Shown piece after piece: positions 50,493-64,000 of a DNA stretch of 64,000 nucleotides. The notes beneath the pieces were generated by a model. That model saw only the letters and a program-made list of their open reading frames with translations, made no database searches and was not told where the DNA came from. Every line of letters begins with the position of its first letter. Position 1 is the stretch's first letter. Source of the stretch: Takakia lepidozioides. Taxonomy: Eukaryota > Plantae > Bryophyta. The position numbers and the translations under genes were made by a program. The stretch covers positions 19,592,001-19,656,000 of the forward strand of contig CM060731.1 in assembly GCA_030704615.1 (NCBI GenBank). Reading direction: 5' to 3'.

Positions 50493-53400
50493 AATGAAGA
50501 GAGGAGAGGAAGAGAAACAGGGGGAAATGGGGAAGAGCACCACAATCCTGCAGAAACAAACGATTGCTACTCCACAGGCGGTAAAGTTACTGAAGGAGCT
50601 GCGATTGGAAGGATTGCAAAGCAAAGATTGGACATTGCACCATAGACAGTACATGTTACAATTCTTGCAGAACTTTGAGCCAATGACAGGAGCAACAACG
50701 GTGAAGGGAGTTGAATTAGTAATTACTCCCCTATACCTACAACAATTGTTTCGATTGCCAGCAGGTCAGGTGCATGTGGAGGAGCACAGGGCAAGACTGC
50801 AAATAGGGGACTTATTCCAAGAAGGGAGTTTCTTTAAAACTTAGGGTTATGCTTGTACCAAGGCCGTGTACCCAGGGCTAAGGGAGGAGGTAGGCCAGGT
50901 ATTGAACGTTCTGTTTGCCATGAAACAGAACCAACATATTTGAGCAGATCCTTCACAGAAGAAATACTCAAAGCCCTGAGAGGAGAAGAGGTAGAATGGG
51001 CGGACATAATGTACAACGCACTGGTAGAGGAGATGAAAAGATTACAGGGTACTGCCGCAAAGTCTCCTATCATAGTGTCTGGCCCAATCATTGCTCAAAT
51101 AATTCTTGATTCTGGCATACTTGATGCTCGAGAAAGAAAAGAGATGGGAGTGTTTGAGCCAGAAACCAGTGCAATGGAAGAGTAAGGCTCTTCACACAGT
51201 GAGGACTGGCAGGGCAACCCGAGACTAAGAGACAGAGGCGGGGAAAAACTGTAGTGGCGGATCCACTGGCTTCACGGAATCCGCATGATAATGTTTCCAA
51301 GCTCTTGTGCAGGAAGGGGCACAGCAGCACATAGAACTGCTATTACTGGAAGCAGGACCTTCAGAGAGGGAAGAGGAAGTTACTTTAGTATCACAGCCAT
51401 CACAGCCAGATAATCGGCTTGTCACAGAGTTACCACAAGTTGTACATGCAGTTCCACCAGAAAATAATTGATTTGGAAAAAAAAGGGTTAGATATTCCCA
51501 CTACAGAACAGGTGGTGGCAGAAATTGAGAAGGAGGACCTTCTCTATGAATATTCCGGTATGGTCAAGGACATAGTGATTCCGGAGGTGCAACAATTGTC
51601 CAGGGGAAACCCTGCGGTGCATATAATACACACACTTGTGACGGAGGTACCACAGGTAGAATGTCAAGACACTGCAACACCGGACGGATGGATGAAGTGG
51701 TTCAGGAAGAAAATCTGGTGGGGCAATGGCCTGAGTGGTTCGTAAGGCATCACACTGTTGAGGATCAGGGAGAACAGCAGCAAGCTCACCAAGATTACCC
51801 TCAACAGGCCATGCTTATGAGTTCCATAAGCAGGACACTTAATTTGTTGGGTACTTATGTCAAATCCATGTTCCCACTACTCAATTGGCAGCTTTGAGGG
51901 AGGAACTCAGAAGGAGTTTGAGGCTCGACTTGCCACAAAGTGTGCAAACAAGGTCGATGAAGAGGTCACTCTCAAGATGCAGCAAGACTTGGAGAGTACA
52001 GAAGCGGCTTTGCAATTGGCTAAGGAACAATTGATTGAGGCAGGCCTCGCGCAAGACCAGTTGCACGAAGCACATAAGCAACAGCTATACCAAATGCAGG
52101 TGAAGCATGAAAGCAAGTTGCAACAAGTGAATGCACTACATACGGAGTTGCAGACAGTGCATGACAGGATGGCCATCCAATGTGCTACACTCACAACTAT
52201 GCTTGACCAATCTACAATAGAAATAAACAGTCAAGCGGAAAGATGTACGAAGGCAGAGGCAGAGAATGTTGAGCAAGTGAAACTCATTGTCGATATGAAG
52301 AATACAATCTGTCGCAATGAGGATACTTTCAAGCAATACAGGCAGGTTGAAGCTGACCAAGAGAGGCACATCCTGGAGTTGCAACAAACGGTCATGGCCA
52401 ATAGAAATGAAATCTCTGTCATTAACAAGGCTTGGAAGGAAGCAAATAATCTGCTTGCTGCCTATGCGAATTTGGTTGAACCTCAGGCAAGCGCATGGAG
52501 GCTTTACAACAACAATTAGAGATATACAAACTCAGAGAGGAGCAAACTCTCAGAGGTACCACAAGCAACTTGGTGGATAAACACCTTATGCAGGTCTGGT
52601 TAGTACAAGGGCCAGTGGAGGGCAAAGCACCACGAAAGCTCACCCAAAGCGAGATGAATGAGCTCAGATTGCAAGTGCAGAACATTGCCACAATTACTAT
52701 AGACAATGTCTATAGTAGGATAGCGGAGTTACAGGAGGATGTAGACGGCCTGCAGACTCAAGTGGAGGACCTCATTTCAAATATCGACAAGAGAGTCTGT
52801 GTACCTGAGGAACAGCTAATGGCTTCTTATTTAAAAGCGAGAACTTTGGCTTTTCAGTCTTCTTCACAGGAGGTGCAGGAGATGCAAATGGTACAAGAGC
52901 CAGTGCCACCAACACCACAACAGGTCATTGTGCCAGTAGCTGACCCTGTTGTTACTACAGCCACACCACAGCCTGAGGTATGGGGAAATGTTGCTTTTAA
53001 CCCACCTAAAACTCCAGCTGCAAGGGAGTACAGTAGGGCTATGATTATGCCCTTCAACCAAATTCCCATTGTGTTGGATTTGGCTTGGAAAGAATTTAGT
53101 CCTCCGCAGTCATTGGCACATTACTATCAAATCATGCGCATTTGGCTGCCAGTGGCAACTAGAACTAAGGTTCTTCCAAACAATCGACCCATTGAGGATC
53201 ATCACTTTGCGCAGTACTGGCATGAGGCAAGTACCATGTTGAAGGAATTAATTGCCTTCCAAGTTGTACATGGATTCATTTATACCAAGGAGGTAGCAAG
53301 TATTGTCATGGGCTGTGGGTTATACTACGCTGCTTGTTTTCTGGTACGTTATCACATTGAGCAGCACAAGATGCAATCGCGCTTTCTGAGTTATTCCAGT

Positions 53401-53988
53401 GAGGATCATTGGGTCTTACCTTTAGTGCCACCTCATATGTACCTATATGAGGCAAAAGTTATGATGCAAAAGGATTCTCAAATTCGTTCATGATTTCATG
53501 CAGCCTGGAACAATTTGTCAACACAGAAATTCGGCCCTGACGATATTTTCTTTAAGGGACAAGAGGGAGGGAAATACTTGCACAATTCACAAGTCATTGG
53601 TACCTCACTCACCTGGACAGACAAGGAGCTCAGGGTCTTCACCAATTTTGCCATTCAGCGTTTTAACATGGTAGGACAACATTGTATGCCCCAGAGGATT
53701 CCACAAAAAGTTCGACAGGTAAAACATCTGAGAGACGATGAGGATTCTGATACAACTGTTTCTTCAGCGGACTCTTTTGACATGGGAGAAGACTATGCAA
53801 TTCAGATGGCAGAGAAGAAGCGACGGGGGTCTCCTATGCCTGAAAGATTACCTCGATATCAGCCTCCAGAGGGCCTCACATATCCAGATAGTGTTCAATC
53901 ATCTCCGTCAACCAGTGACAGACCTCGGGCTCGTACACAGAGTCCTTCACGAGACTCTCAACGTCAGAAAGATGCTCGCTCACAATGA
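50493..53988 (+). pseudogene. Long accessory 3' ORF of the gypsy element (env position) with coiled coil, fragmented
   Basis: Consecutive sense ORFs 50416-50844, 50853-51185, 51857-52519, 52495-53493 and 53515-53988 between IN and PPT. Confidence 0.65.
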
Positions 53989-54047
53989 TTTGCTAATCCC
54001 AATCAGTAAACCGTGAGGACACGGTTTTTTGAAAGGGGAAGGGGTAA

Positions 54048-55032
54048 TGTTAGAGGACTATCTAGGACTTAGACACTTATACGGGATCTGTTGGGTACCC
54101 TTAATTTTTGCACAGACTGAGACCAACAGGAGCCTTAGGGGTGACAGCAGTGCACTTTAGAGGGGGGTTACACAGCCCGTCACAGCCAACACAGCTCGTC
54201 ACAGTCCGACACAGCCAGACACAGCCGTCACAGCCAGTCACAGCTTGACACAGTCGACACAGCCCAACACAGTCGCACAGCCAGTCACAGCTTGACACAG
54301 TCGACACAGCCCAACACAGTCGCACAGCCAGTCACAGCTTGACACAGCTGTCACGACCATAGGGAACGGATAACATGACAGGGAACGACTGTGGGCAACA
54401 ACATCTGCGAATGGAACATGTTAGTACACGGATGACGGTTAGTGAGGGAAACGGTTAGAACAACGGGTAGGAAGATAAAGCCAGGAGCGAGGATGGGAGA
54501 AGGGCACTTCTTGGGGAATTCTGGGAGAAGGGGGAGAGATCACTTGGAGAGGGGACTTCGGACATCACGGGAGGAAAGGAGGAGAGAGCGCATCTCTGAG
54601 CGGAAGGAGGGAGAGCACAGAGTAGGAGGAGGACGATCTGTTGATGCTTAATGAATGCAAGCAGTAGAGTTGTAATGTAGAGCAGATTAGATACTCCATG
54701 GCTTCAGCCTGATACTCGATAGATATTAATCTGATACATACTTCATACTCACACTGTGTAGAGAGATCTGAGTGAAGCTGTGGAATGAATGGATGAGTTG
54801 ATGGGATCCGATAGATTGCTGAAGCAAACTGATACTTAATTACCAACAGTAAGGTAACTAGCTAACATGAATGCGGGAAGGAAAACAAATAGGAAACACC
54901 CCCATGATACACTAGCTGTAGGTCATGACTGATTGTTCTGAGCGAGCTGAGTGCTTAGAGATTTCCAACTCTTCTATCTTGGAGTTTCCGCCTCGGATAG
55001 CGAAGGGATGGGTGAGCAAAAGCCGCGTGACA
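54048..55032 (+). repeat. 3' LTR (985 bp)
   Basis: Follows the PPT; matches the 5' LTR apart from a few substitutions and the number of ACAG repeats. Confidence 0.95.
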
Positions 55033-55489
55033 TAGTTCATCGAAAATATTGGGCTCCATGACATAAAAAGCTTGTGGAACAACTCCTGTGTAAAAACAAT
55101 GCAAACAAAGAATCCAAAAGACATTTAATAATTGTGCACAACTCATATATTTACAAAAGTTTGGAATGGTATATGGCTGGCCAAAACGAAAGTGTGGGAG
55201 AGACACCGCACTGCTCAATTTATTATTTCATATTGAGCTGAATGTTACATACATGGCCTACATTTAGATCTACGTTATTTTTTTTATCTAGTACATGTAC
55301 ATTTACATTTTCAAATTACAAAAACTACCTAGCAAGTTGGGGGTGGACCAGTCTTATGCTTCAGTGGTCAGCTTGGCTACTTCATGCCTTGGGAAATGAT
55401 CTGCAATGCCCCCACCACATATAAATAAATCAGTCCTTGTTGTACCACAACATGAAGAGTTATAACTAAAAATTATGAAGCTTTAAAGT

Positions 55490-57150
55490 GGGGTGATTGT
55501 CCACAAGAGGTAGGGGCTGGCTGTCAAGCCTTCTTGATATTTGTGTTCCCCTTTTCGAGTTCAAACTTTCACTATGAGAGGAGGAGCAAATCATCCCTCT
55601 GTTGTACCACACATTGGAAAAAATAAAATAAAAAACTAAGCTATTAAAGGGTGGGGGCTTACCATAGGATGAGGGGGCTGGTTAGCAGTCTCTAAACTCG
55701 CACTCCTCCTTCTTGTGTGTGATCTACATAGCAACAGAGTAGGGGGGTTGCTATGCCAATTTTCTGGGGAAAAAAAAATATGCAACATTGAATTAGGGGC
55801 ATGCTTACATGTGTGGTGGAACGGGGACTGGTTGGCAAGCCTCCCTACTTGCCCTCTTTCCCTCCCATGCACGATCTACAATAGCAAAAGAGCAAGGGAC
55901 TAATTAGCTCCTCTTATATCACAAACTTAAAATAATTAAGAAAATAAAGAACAATGAAGGGGAAGTACACGCGGGTAATGGGGGCTGGTTGGCGGGTCAA
56001 GAGGCCTCCTATTTCTGCTCCCTTCCCGAGTGCAACATATCACTATGAGGAAGGGCGAATCAGCCTTTTGTTGTACCACACATTGGAAAGAAATAACATT
56101 AAAAAACTAAGCTAAAGGGTGGGGGCTTACTACAAGATGAGAGGGGCTGGTTGACGTGCTTTTTTATTTGCACTAGACGTCCTTCTTGTGTGTGATCTGC
56201 ATTAGCACCGGCTAATCAGCCCTTGCTATACCAATTTTATGGGGGAAAAAAATGAAGGGGATGCTTACATGTGCGGTGCAAGAGGGGCTGGTTGGCCAGC
56301 CTTCCTACTTGCCCTCCTTTCCCTCCCATGCACGATCAGCCGTAGCACAAGAGCAATGGGCTAATCAGCCCTTCTTTGAACAAAAATTTAAACAACTAAA
56401 AAAATAAAGCTCAATGAAAGTGAGTTACAAGCGGGTAATGGGGGCTGGTTGGCAGGTCCCTCCCTGCTTTGGGCTCCCTCCCTCTCATGCAAAATCTGCC
56501 ATAACAGAAGCCAAAGGGGCTATCTTATCAACCCCCAATTGTATCAAGAATTAATTTTTTTAAAGAAATGGAAGATACTTACCAGTGGGTAATGTGGGCT
56601 GGTTGGTGGGGCCTCCTTGCTTGTGCTCCCTCCAATGTAAAATCTACCATAGTGGAGCAAGGGGCTATCAGGCCCTTGGTATATCATCAAAGAAAACAGG
56701 AAAAAAAAAAGAAAAAAAGAAGAAGAATGATGATCAATGATTACCGTGGACCAAGGGGGCTGGTTGCAGGTGGGGCCCTCCTTACTCGTCCTCCCTACCT
56801 CTTGCACCACATGCCATAGCAGAAAAGGAGGAGGCTGATTAGCTTCATGGTGAACTAAAGCTAAAAACAGTAAAATAACCAGAAGTGGTGGATGCTTACC
56901 AACAAGGGGCTGGTTGTGCGGGCCCTCCTACTGGCACTTCCTCCCTCCGATGCGCCACTTACCACAATACAAGAGCATGGGGCCCATTAGCTCCGCTGAA
57001 CCAAAAAATTAAAAAAAAACAAGAACATGGTGGATGCTCACCAACAACAAGCGACGGCTGGTTGGCGGGGCCCTCCTGCTCACACTCCCTCCCTCCCTTT
57101 GTGTCCACCACCTGCCACAGCAGCAGAAGAGAGATCAGCCCCCTCTTGTG
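55490..57150. repeat. Degenerate ~155-bp tandem repeat (~11 units) inside the hAT 5' region
   Basis: GGGGCTGGTT motif recurs near 55514, 55675, 55824, 55981, 56143, 56284, 56441, 56597, 56756, 56906 and 57055. Confidence 0.8.
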
Positions 57151-58244
57151 TGATAAACTGAGAAGAAAAGAAACAAACAACACATTAAATCAATCAACCT
57201 AAGAGGGAAAGAGAATGGAGATGGAGATGAAATGAGAGCGAGAGAGAAATCAAACAAATAAAGTAGGAGATGGAGACACGGAACACGAACCTTACCTGGA
57301 CTGGAGTAGCGAGCAAGATGTATGCGAGAGAGAGCGAGCTGGATGAGTTGTAGAGACACTTAGGGCTACAGCCCACGGGTGGAACCGGAACCGGAACCGA
57401 TTTAGAGTCCCCAAACCCCGGTTCCCACACATGTGGTCGTAGCTGGAACCGCCGGTTCCGGTTCCCACACAATCCCCAATTTCCGGTTCCGGTTCCGGTT
57501 CCGGTTCTGCACAGGCGGGTTCGGTTCCGGTCCGGTTCCACATAACCAGAACCGGAACCGGCGGTTACCCGGGGCCCAGGCGGGTAACCGCCCAACACTG
57601 CTCTAAACCCTATTTTGCTCTTCATGGAACTGTCTCTCAGAGGTGCTGCACAGCCATACCGGTGACAGCCGACCGCCTCCCCTACATTCATAAGCCAAAA
57701 GCCCAGGAATGGGGAAGCAAGGGAGAGAGCACTTAATGTAACCCTGATCTCTCCCGCTCGAAACGTGTTCACACACACGCATGACTGTGTCATGTGTTCT
57801 TCAGCGCGGCGTCCACATATTCCTGAGTCTTATTGGCTGGATGCCCGGGAACAGGATGGAAGAATATATTTCATATGGGAACAAGATATTTAGTCTGGAA
57901 ACAGGTTATCAATACTGCACCAAACCTTAATCTCTTTGGTGTTCACAGTTGGTGCAGGCAAGCATTATACATCTAAGTAATGCGTCTTCAATGCGCGCAC
58001 TTGCGGATGTCCATGTGGCCCAACCGGGTCAATCTCTGTCTTCCCCCCCCCACACTTGCTCCCTGCCCACTGCCCTTCGCCCCCACCTACGGTCATCACA
58101 TTGAGTCTGGTCTAGTAGACCCAATAGACCCATGATAGACCACCCATGAGACTCACCAGTAGACTTGGATCTCCAAATGACTTAATTTTACTATTGTACT
58201 TGCTATTGCCTTTACACGGCTATTAAAAAATCTTTAAAAAAAAC

Positions 58245-58810
58245 AAGGAAGGCCTTGCGGTAACTGATCCAGGCACTCAGATAAGCGCTCTATTGGGCAA
58301 ATGGGTTGTCAGGCTTTTGGGCCCAGAAGGGGGCTGGTGGAAACACCTGGTTTATAGGCACATAGTCCTCAACTCTCCCTTGAAATCGAAAAGTTGGAGC
58401 CCTTCCCTTAGATGGATTACTCAAGGATTCAAACACAAGTCTTCGGGCTCCCCATTGTGGAAGGCCATATGGGAAATTTGGGGCCACACCTTGTCAAAGA
58501 GGACCCGCAATCTTACCAAGAAACAATGCGTCAATTCCAATGGGATGTCATGGAATTCCGGAAACACCCATTTACATTGGGGAACACTAGAGGTTCGCTC
58601 TCAATGGGTTAGAACAAGCCTCAAACGGCAATTGGCTCTCTTGCTTTGCTGGTAAGAGGGTTTAGGGTTTAGGGAGCATGACTCAGCACAACACACCAAT
58701 CGGCGCCTTGACACGGTGTAAGGTACTATGACCACATTTTCTCCATTGACTTGCATGTCTCCGCAAAGTCTCTCTCTACAAGAGATCCAACAAATCTCCA
58801 ACCTCCAAAA
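58245..58810 (+). mobile_element. L1-type LINE ORF2 C-terminal fragment
   Basis: GLAVTDP....ALLGKWVVRLL....WWK...GSPLWKAIW is typical of the post-RT region of plant L1. Confidence 0.65.
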
Positions 58811-59534
58811 TATCATCCAACCACTTCAAAATTGGATTTGATCTCCTTTTGACCTCCCCTCTTCTCATCCAAGTTTAGGAAGGATAAAGGGCCAACTTAC
58901 ATCCATATAGCAAAACACATATTACCATAATATTCACAAAGGTGGGTATGGTAGGACAGGTCCATCTCTACGGAAAAAAGAAAGAAATAGATAGGTGTTC
59001 GGTCACAAATTATTATCCTCTATCTTTCAAACCCTCTACAACCTTATTCCGTAAAATGTGTTTTTTCAATAAAGAGAGGTTCAGCTCATGACTTGCCTCA
59101 TATTCTGTGAATGAACCTAATAACCGGTTATTATCTGGATCATAGTAAACCTTTGATTTTAAATCTGGTTCATAACCTGCCTCCTTGGGCCAGTAGTTTC
59201 GGATCAAATCAACAATACAAAAGAATCGGTTCTCAACCTATGGCGGTGATCTCAGCTTTTTATATCCGGCAGTTCCCAACAAAGGCAGATATTACTTTTT
59301 TGACATTCGGCAAATCCACGTATATATATATCTGGATTTGGGACCGCCATATATATATTTATATGTATATATACATGGACCCTCTCTAAATATTACCACC
59401 ATATATATCTCTTTTATTGTTATATTTTCTACTATTCTGAGTATTACTCGCCTATATCGGCGTGCTTGCTTTATGGCCCCTTGGCGTTTGTTTTTTCCTC
59501 CATCATTAATGAAATTTGAGGGCTACTATCCCCT

Positions 59535-59537
<3 letters not shown>

Positions 59538-59571
<34 letters not shown>

Positions 59572-60022
59572 AAGAATGAAAGAGTGTTATATGTTAAGTG
59601 TTAGAAAAATTCTACTCTCACATTGTGTTAAAGCACCCTCTTTAATGGTTATGTGTCATTAGGTTGGATGAAATAGTAGTTATATGTCATTATATTGGAT
59701 GAAATTGATGGACTTTTCCAATAATTTGTTGAGCTTTCCGTCCTTCATGACATTGAGGCTCCGACCATGGATGCCTTGGAGTTTGTTAAATATATATATA
59801 TATATAGAAAAGAGTGAAAGAGTGTTATATGTTAAGTGTTAGAAAAATTCTACTCTCACATTGTGTTAAAGCACCCTCTTTGGTTATGTGTCATTAGGTT
59901 GGATGAAATAGTAGTTATATGTCATTATATTGGATGAAATTGATGGACTTTTCCAATAATTTGTTGAGCTTTCCGTCCTTCATGACATTGAGGCTCCGAC
60001 CATGGATGCCTTGGAGTTTGTT
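59538..60022. repeat. Near-perfect ~250-bp tandem duplication, each copy headed by (TA)n
   Basis: (TA)nGAAAAGA.TGAAAGAGTGTTATATG...GGAGTTTGTTAA occurs twice. Confidence 0.9.
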
Positions 60023-61292
60023 AATTTTGAAGCCCAAGTTGATTTGAATGAGCCATTTCAACCAAACGATGATGAGATTTGGGACATGGTTGGTCCAGCA
60101 AAAGAAATTGAGGAGCACGACAAAGAGAAAATTTCGATTCCATAAGAGCCTACAATGTTATTTTCAGAAGTTAATGTTGCACTACATACTATCCAACTAT
60201 ACATTGAACAACAACCTCAACATATTACTCATTTGTTTTCAAAAGTTTTGCCAATTCAAAGGAGTTGTATGCTCCTAGGACATCCAACAAATGCGGATTT
60301 TTTCTTCTTTTAATTATAATTACTGAATAAATGTTACTTTCCATCTAGTTGACCTCATTAAGTGTGACCTTCATAATTGTTACGGTGGGATATTTTGCCC
60401 TCATTTATGGTTAGTTGTTATATCTCTATTAATGTTATGTTTTCCATACTCTCCATGCATAACATTTAAAAAAGGGTCGGATGTATCTAATTGAGGCGGA
60501 GTCAAATATCTGTGCCACTGCTGCAAACCCCATATATCTTACCTTGCCCATACCTCCGAAAACCCAAAAAACCTCAAACCAAGGGCCCTAGGTCTTCTAC
60601 CCTCTTGGCACTGCCAAACAAATCATCTTCTTGTGGAATTAGAAAGTTCGTAAGCTTCTGAAAATTTCCAGGTCGGGTCGTTGTTCCTTCGATAGTTTTT
60701 TCGTAGACGAGTTGGCCATCTCTGACTGATACTCTGTATTTGGCCGTGCACCCTATGCCAAAATCTTTGTATGTCCTCAAGGCTCTTCGTCGCCTAAGTT
60801 TCATGGTTAGGGTGCGGACACAGCTGCTCCCGATCATGAGTTTTAGGTAATTTGTTGGTCGGTAGAAATTGTCGACAAATGAGTATTTTATATTCCTCCC
60901 TTTGGGCTACCAAGCTTAGTGAACACTTAATTGGTCATGAGGGACTCTTCCCTTTGTCAAAGCCACCCCAACAATACAATGATGGATAAAAAAAAGTACA
61001 TGCTTAATAAACAAAATTAAATGGAACCACATGCCATATTAAGCCTCAAACATCATACACACAATGCTCCCAACTGCAAAACAGAAGTTGAAATGGTGGT
61101 AGTTTCGGCTCGCCTTTTACAATAAGTATCTCACTCAATCACTCAAACCCCAAGCACATCAATAGATTTTTAGGTCTTTTTGAGATGACACAAAGCCTAA
61201 AATAAAATGACAATCTTGAGCTAGCCCAAGGATCAACCTCCAAATGAAATGAACTTTGCTAAGCTAACATGTGAGAACATTGGCTCAACCAC

Positions 61293-61371
61293 CCCAGCCC
61301 CGAAAGGGGGCAGTAGCCGTTAGGCGAAGTGGCTCTTAGTTACGCCGGCTACGGCCGGAGTCTTCTCTCTC
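61293..61371 (+). mobile_element. 79-bp 3'-tail-only insertion of the RLE-type LINE family
   Basis: Matches the reverse complement of ~18960-19035; CT tail; 12-bp TSD TGGCTCAACCAC at 61281-61292 and 61372-61383. Confidence 0.9.
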
Positions 61372-64000
61372 TGGCTCAACCACTTAAGTTTTGAACAACT
61401 CTAGCAAGGCCCCAATGACAAAACAAACTAGGCAAAGTAAAGCTCAAACCATCTAAGCAATCTTTGAGATTATCAAAACAACAAACAAAAGAAATTCAAA
61501 AATAAAACTCAAGAATGAGCACCAAGATCAAGAGCTTGGCCCGAAGTACCCAAATAAGTAATGAACTAAAAATAAAAATAAAAACGCATTCCATTTTTCA
61601 TTCACTTAAACCATCCATCGGCCTGTTGGTGGAGAAATCACATTTTATCATTTTTCTACATTGAGGAAAGTTTCTCTGGTCCATGAAGGTCGAAACATTC
61701 CAAAATTTCATGTGCTCAATCACCACATTGCATAATAAAATTTCCAAAATTGGCCTATGATTCTCTCTCCAACTTTCCACCAATACAAAAGTGAATTAGA
61801 GTTGAAATTTTTCCAAATGAACATTTTTCCATGAAATGCTTTAGGTGAATTTAAAAATTCAAATACAAACTCATTGGATATATTTCCGTGGCTGGTTGAC
61901 ATGGAAACTTGTCGCCCACTCTCCGAATACACCCCGAAACACAAACCACACTCGTTTTGCCACCAACGTCATACCTTGAAATTGTCATAAACACGATGGT
62001 TAACAAGTTGTACAAAACTATCATTGTTCATATTATTGTACATTGACAATGCATCATTTTCCTCACGAGAGTAAGTTGTATTAACAATCCGGCCTTGAGT
62101 TGGAAAATTATCGGAAAAACTGAATGGTTGCTCAAATTTGACAGCAAACCTTAAATCCATGCCAATAGAAATTTGAAAGGCTCAAGTTCTAGCACATTTG
62201 ATAACCATTCCACGTGATGAAATATCAAGTGTAGATGCTGCTATGCATTTTAGAGATATTTCCTAGATGGATAGTCATCTAGATAATTTCATGACGTTGG
62301 ACCTCAACAGTACAACAATTGTGGATGGAGTCATAATCACGGAGGATTAGAAGAATCATTTTATATAGATAACAAGTGAGATCAATTATTCGATTTGCAT
62401 CGTAACAAATTGTCAAGTTTGATTCAGTGCAACTTGGAAATATATAGTGGAGGCGAGCTTAAAACAATATTATGATGATCATTTTGTAAACATAATGCAT
62501 ACAAAGAATCAATGAGAAGGAGAGTTATGTATAAGTATTAAGAAGAAATAAAGAAAATGTTGGATGAAGTAGGTAATTTGACCTTCAGTCTTTCCTTGAT
62601 TTAGTCTCATTGTATGCAACTTATGGTTTTATGAAGCAATTATAAGAGGCCAGCAGGAAGCAGTTTGTCCTTAAGAAGCCTAAAAAAAGCAGACATATTT
62701 GCAAATGTTCCGATTTATAATAGTCAATAGCATTAGGAATACTTTTGTCTTCAATGATCTGAAATATGGAAACCAAAAGATGGAAACAATAAGATGGATA
62801 AGTGGTTTGAAGTGGCATTGGCTTAGAGCAGTAAATCAAAACCTGAGAAGTACGCTCACTCTAGTATCACTGCAACCATGCCTAGCTTACAGATTCAATA
62901 TCATGAAACATCGTTGCCAATGTTTCAATTTCACTTCCATTGTAAAGATTCGTTCTTGCTAGCCTTTCAATTGCAGATTCTTCTTTTCCTAGAAGTTCAC
63001 CCTCTTGATCCATGCATACCAAGGAAATCATCAATTAGACCAGCGAAGTCATCTTGGTCTTCAATACCCTCCCCATCAAGAATCTCAATATCCACCTCCT
63101 CATGTATATCCTCTTGTTCAAAGCTGGATTGTACACTGTACATGGTCGTTTCCAACATTTGATGGGATATTGTCGCCGTTGTCAAGCCATCTTCAACTGA
63201 ATTCACCACCTGAAGACAGTACCATGTGTGCTAAGTTTTCGAACCAGTAACCCCTTAAAGCTGTGAACTCCACATGCCTTGTCGTATTGAATACGAAAGA
63301 AACAACATCCAACATTTGATCAAGTCGCAATTTGAGGATAAATTGATTGCCAACCCATTTAGACGCAAAGCATAACATCTTGCGTTTAAAGCGCCTAAGA
63401 GATGTTTTTTTAGGACTAGAAGGGCATGGACAATGAGACTACATTGATGAAGTGTGATTGAGATGCAGATGCTCATAAACAGTCAATGTATTGAAATCCA
63501 AAGTTGCTGAGACTAAACACATACGATGGATTCCAGTTGCAAATGGAAGCATTAGCGATGTCCATCATAAACATCCACATGTGGTATTTTGAGCATGTCA
63601 AAGACTAGGAAAAAAACTACTGTGGTTTAAGAAAAAGATATATTTTTGTACAAGTTGATGACATCCACTTACACATAGCATCCATATTTGGTAAATATCC
63701 ATTAATTGAGATAAAACATGATGTATGTCAGGAAGAACGAATGACATCAAGGTGTTGGCCTTGAGAAGATGTTTACATGACTCTACTTGAGATTAAAAAG
63801 GAATTAACGTGTTTAGCATGTATAAACGCATCAGACACATACATTTTCAGTTTTCGTATTTTAAAATGAGAGTGTTTAATGGAAGATTATGTCAGATTTT
63901 GTGAGCTGAATGCGATGATGACAATGCAAAATAAAGCATGTCCAGTGACACCGGAGTGACGAATCGTAGGGCATAACCAAGTAATAATGATCTATTTGTT

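Larger units (their letters stand above)
42047..55032 (+). mobile_element. Full-length non-chromovirus Ty3/gypsy retrotransposon (~13 kb) with extra ORFs
   Basis: Two TG..CA LTRs, TSD TAGTT (42042-42046 and 55033-55037), PBS, PPT GAAAGGGGAAGGGG at 54031-54044, gag-PR-RT-RH-IN order. Confidence 0.95.
39020..57600 (-). mobile_element. hAT DNA transposon (~5.6 kb without the nested gypsy)
   Basis: 15-bp TIR CAGTGTTGGGCGGTT; 8-bp TSD CTCTAAAC at 39012-39019 and 57601-57608; subterminal GGTTCC/GGAACC repeats. Confidence 0.95.

Noticed and set aside
57194-57793. 199-aa GT/EP-repeat ORFs
   Set aside because: Translation of hAT subterminal GGAACC repeats
58880-59300. Possible plastid ycf1-like insertion
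   Set aside because: Resemblance too faint to support without a search
60480-64000. Possible degenerate minus-strand transposase gene
   Set aside because: Fragmentary ORFs with no recognisable catalytic motif or termini in the window

Overview
Repeat-rich nuclear DNA from a eukaryote, most consistent with a non-seed land plant (bryophyte-like; inferred from the element families and PPR type). One probable host gene: a PLS-class PPR-DYW editing factor (4570-7882) whose spliced N-terminus is a PDF motif typical of organellar ssDNA-binding OSB proteins; decayed paralogues lie at 35.0-38.6 kb. The rest is two nests of transposons plus remnants. Nest 1: an RLE-type, Dualen/RandI-like non-LTR element (18936-33007, 12-bp TSD) interrupted by a ~10.8 kb Mutator-like element (19750-30571). 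That MULE encodes a DDE/SWIM transposase and, divergently, a multi-exon ParB-like plus beta-class DNA amino-methyltransferase-like gene whose introns hold about 17 copies of a 24-bp palindrome. This is the best candidate for an undescribed system. Nest 2: a hAT element (39020-57600, 8-bp TSD) interrupted by a full-length 13 kb Ty3/gypsy element (42047-55032, 5-bp TSD). Also present: chromovirus pieces, MITEs, L1 fragments, a mitochondrial rRNA insertion and a 79-bp structured LINE 3' tail. Many frameshifts are 1-nt homopolymer indels and may be assembly errors. Domain calls come from motif recognition by eye, not database searches.
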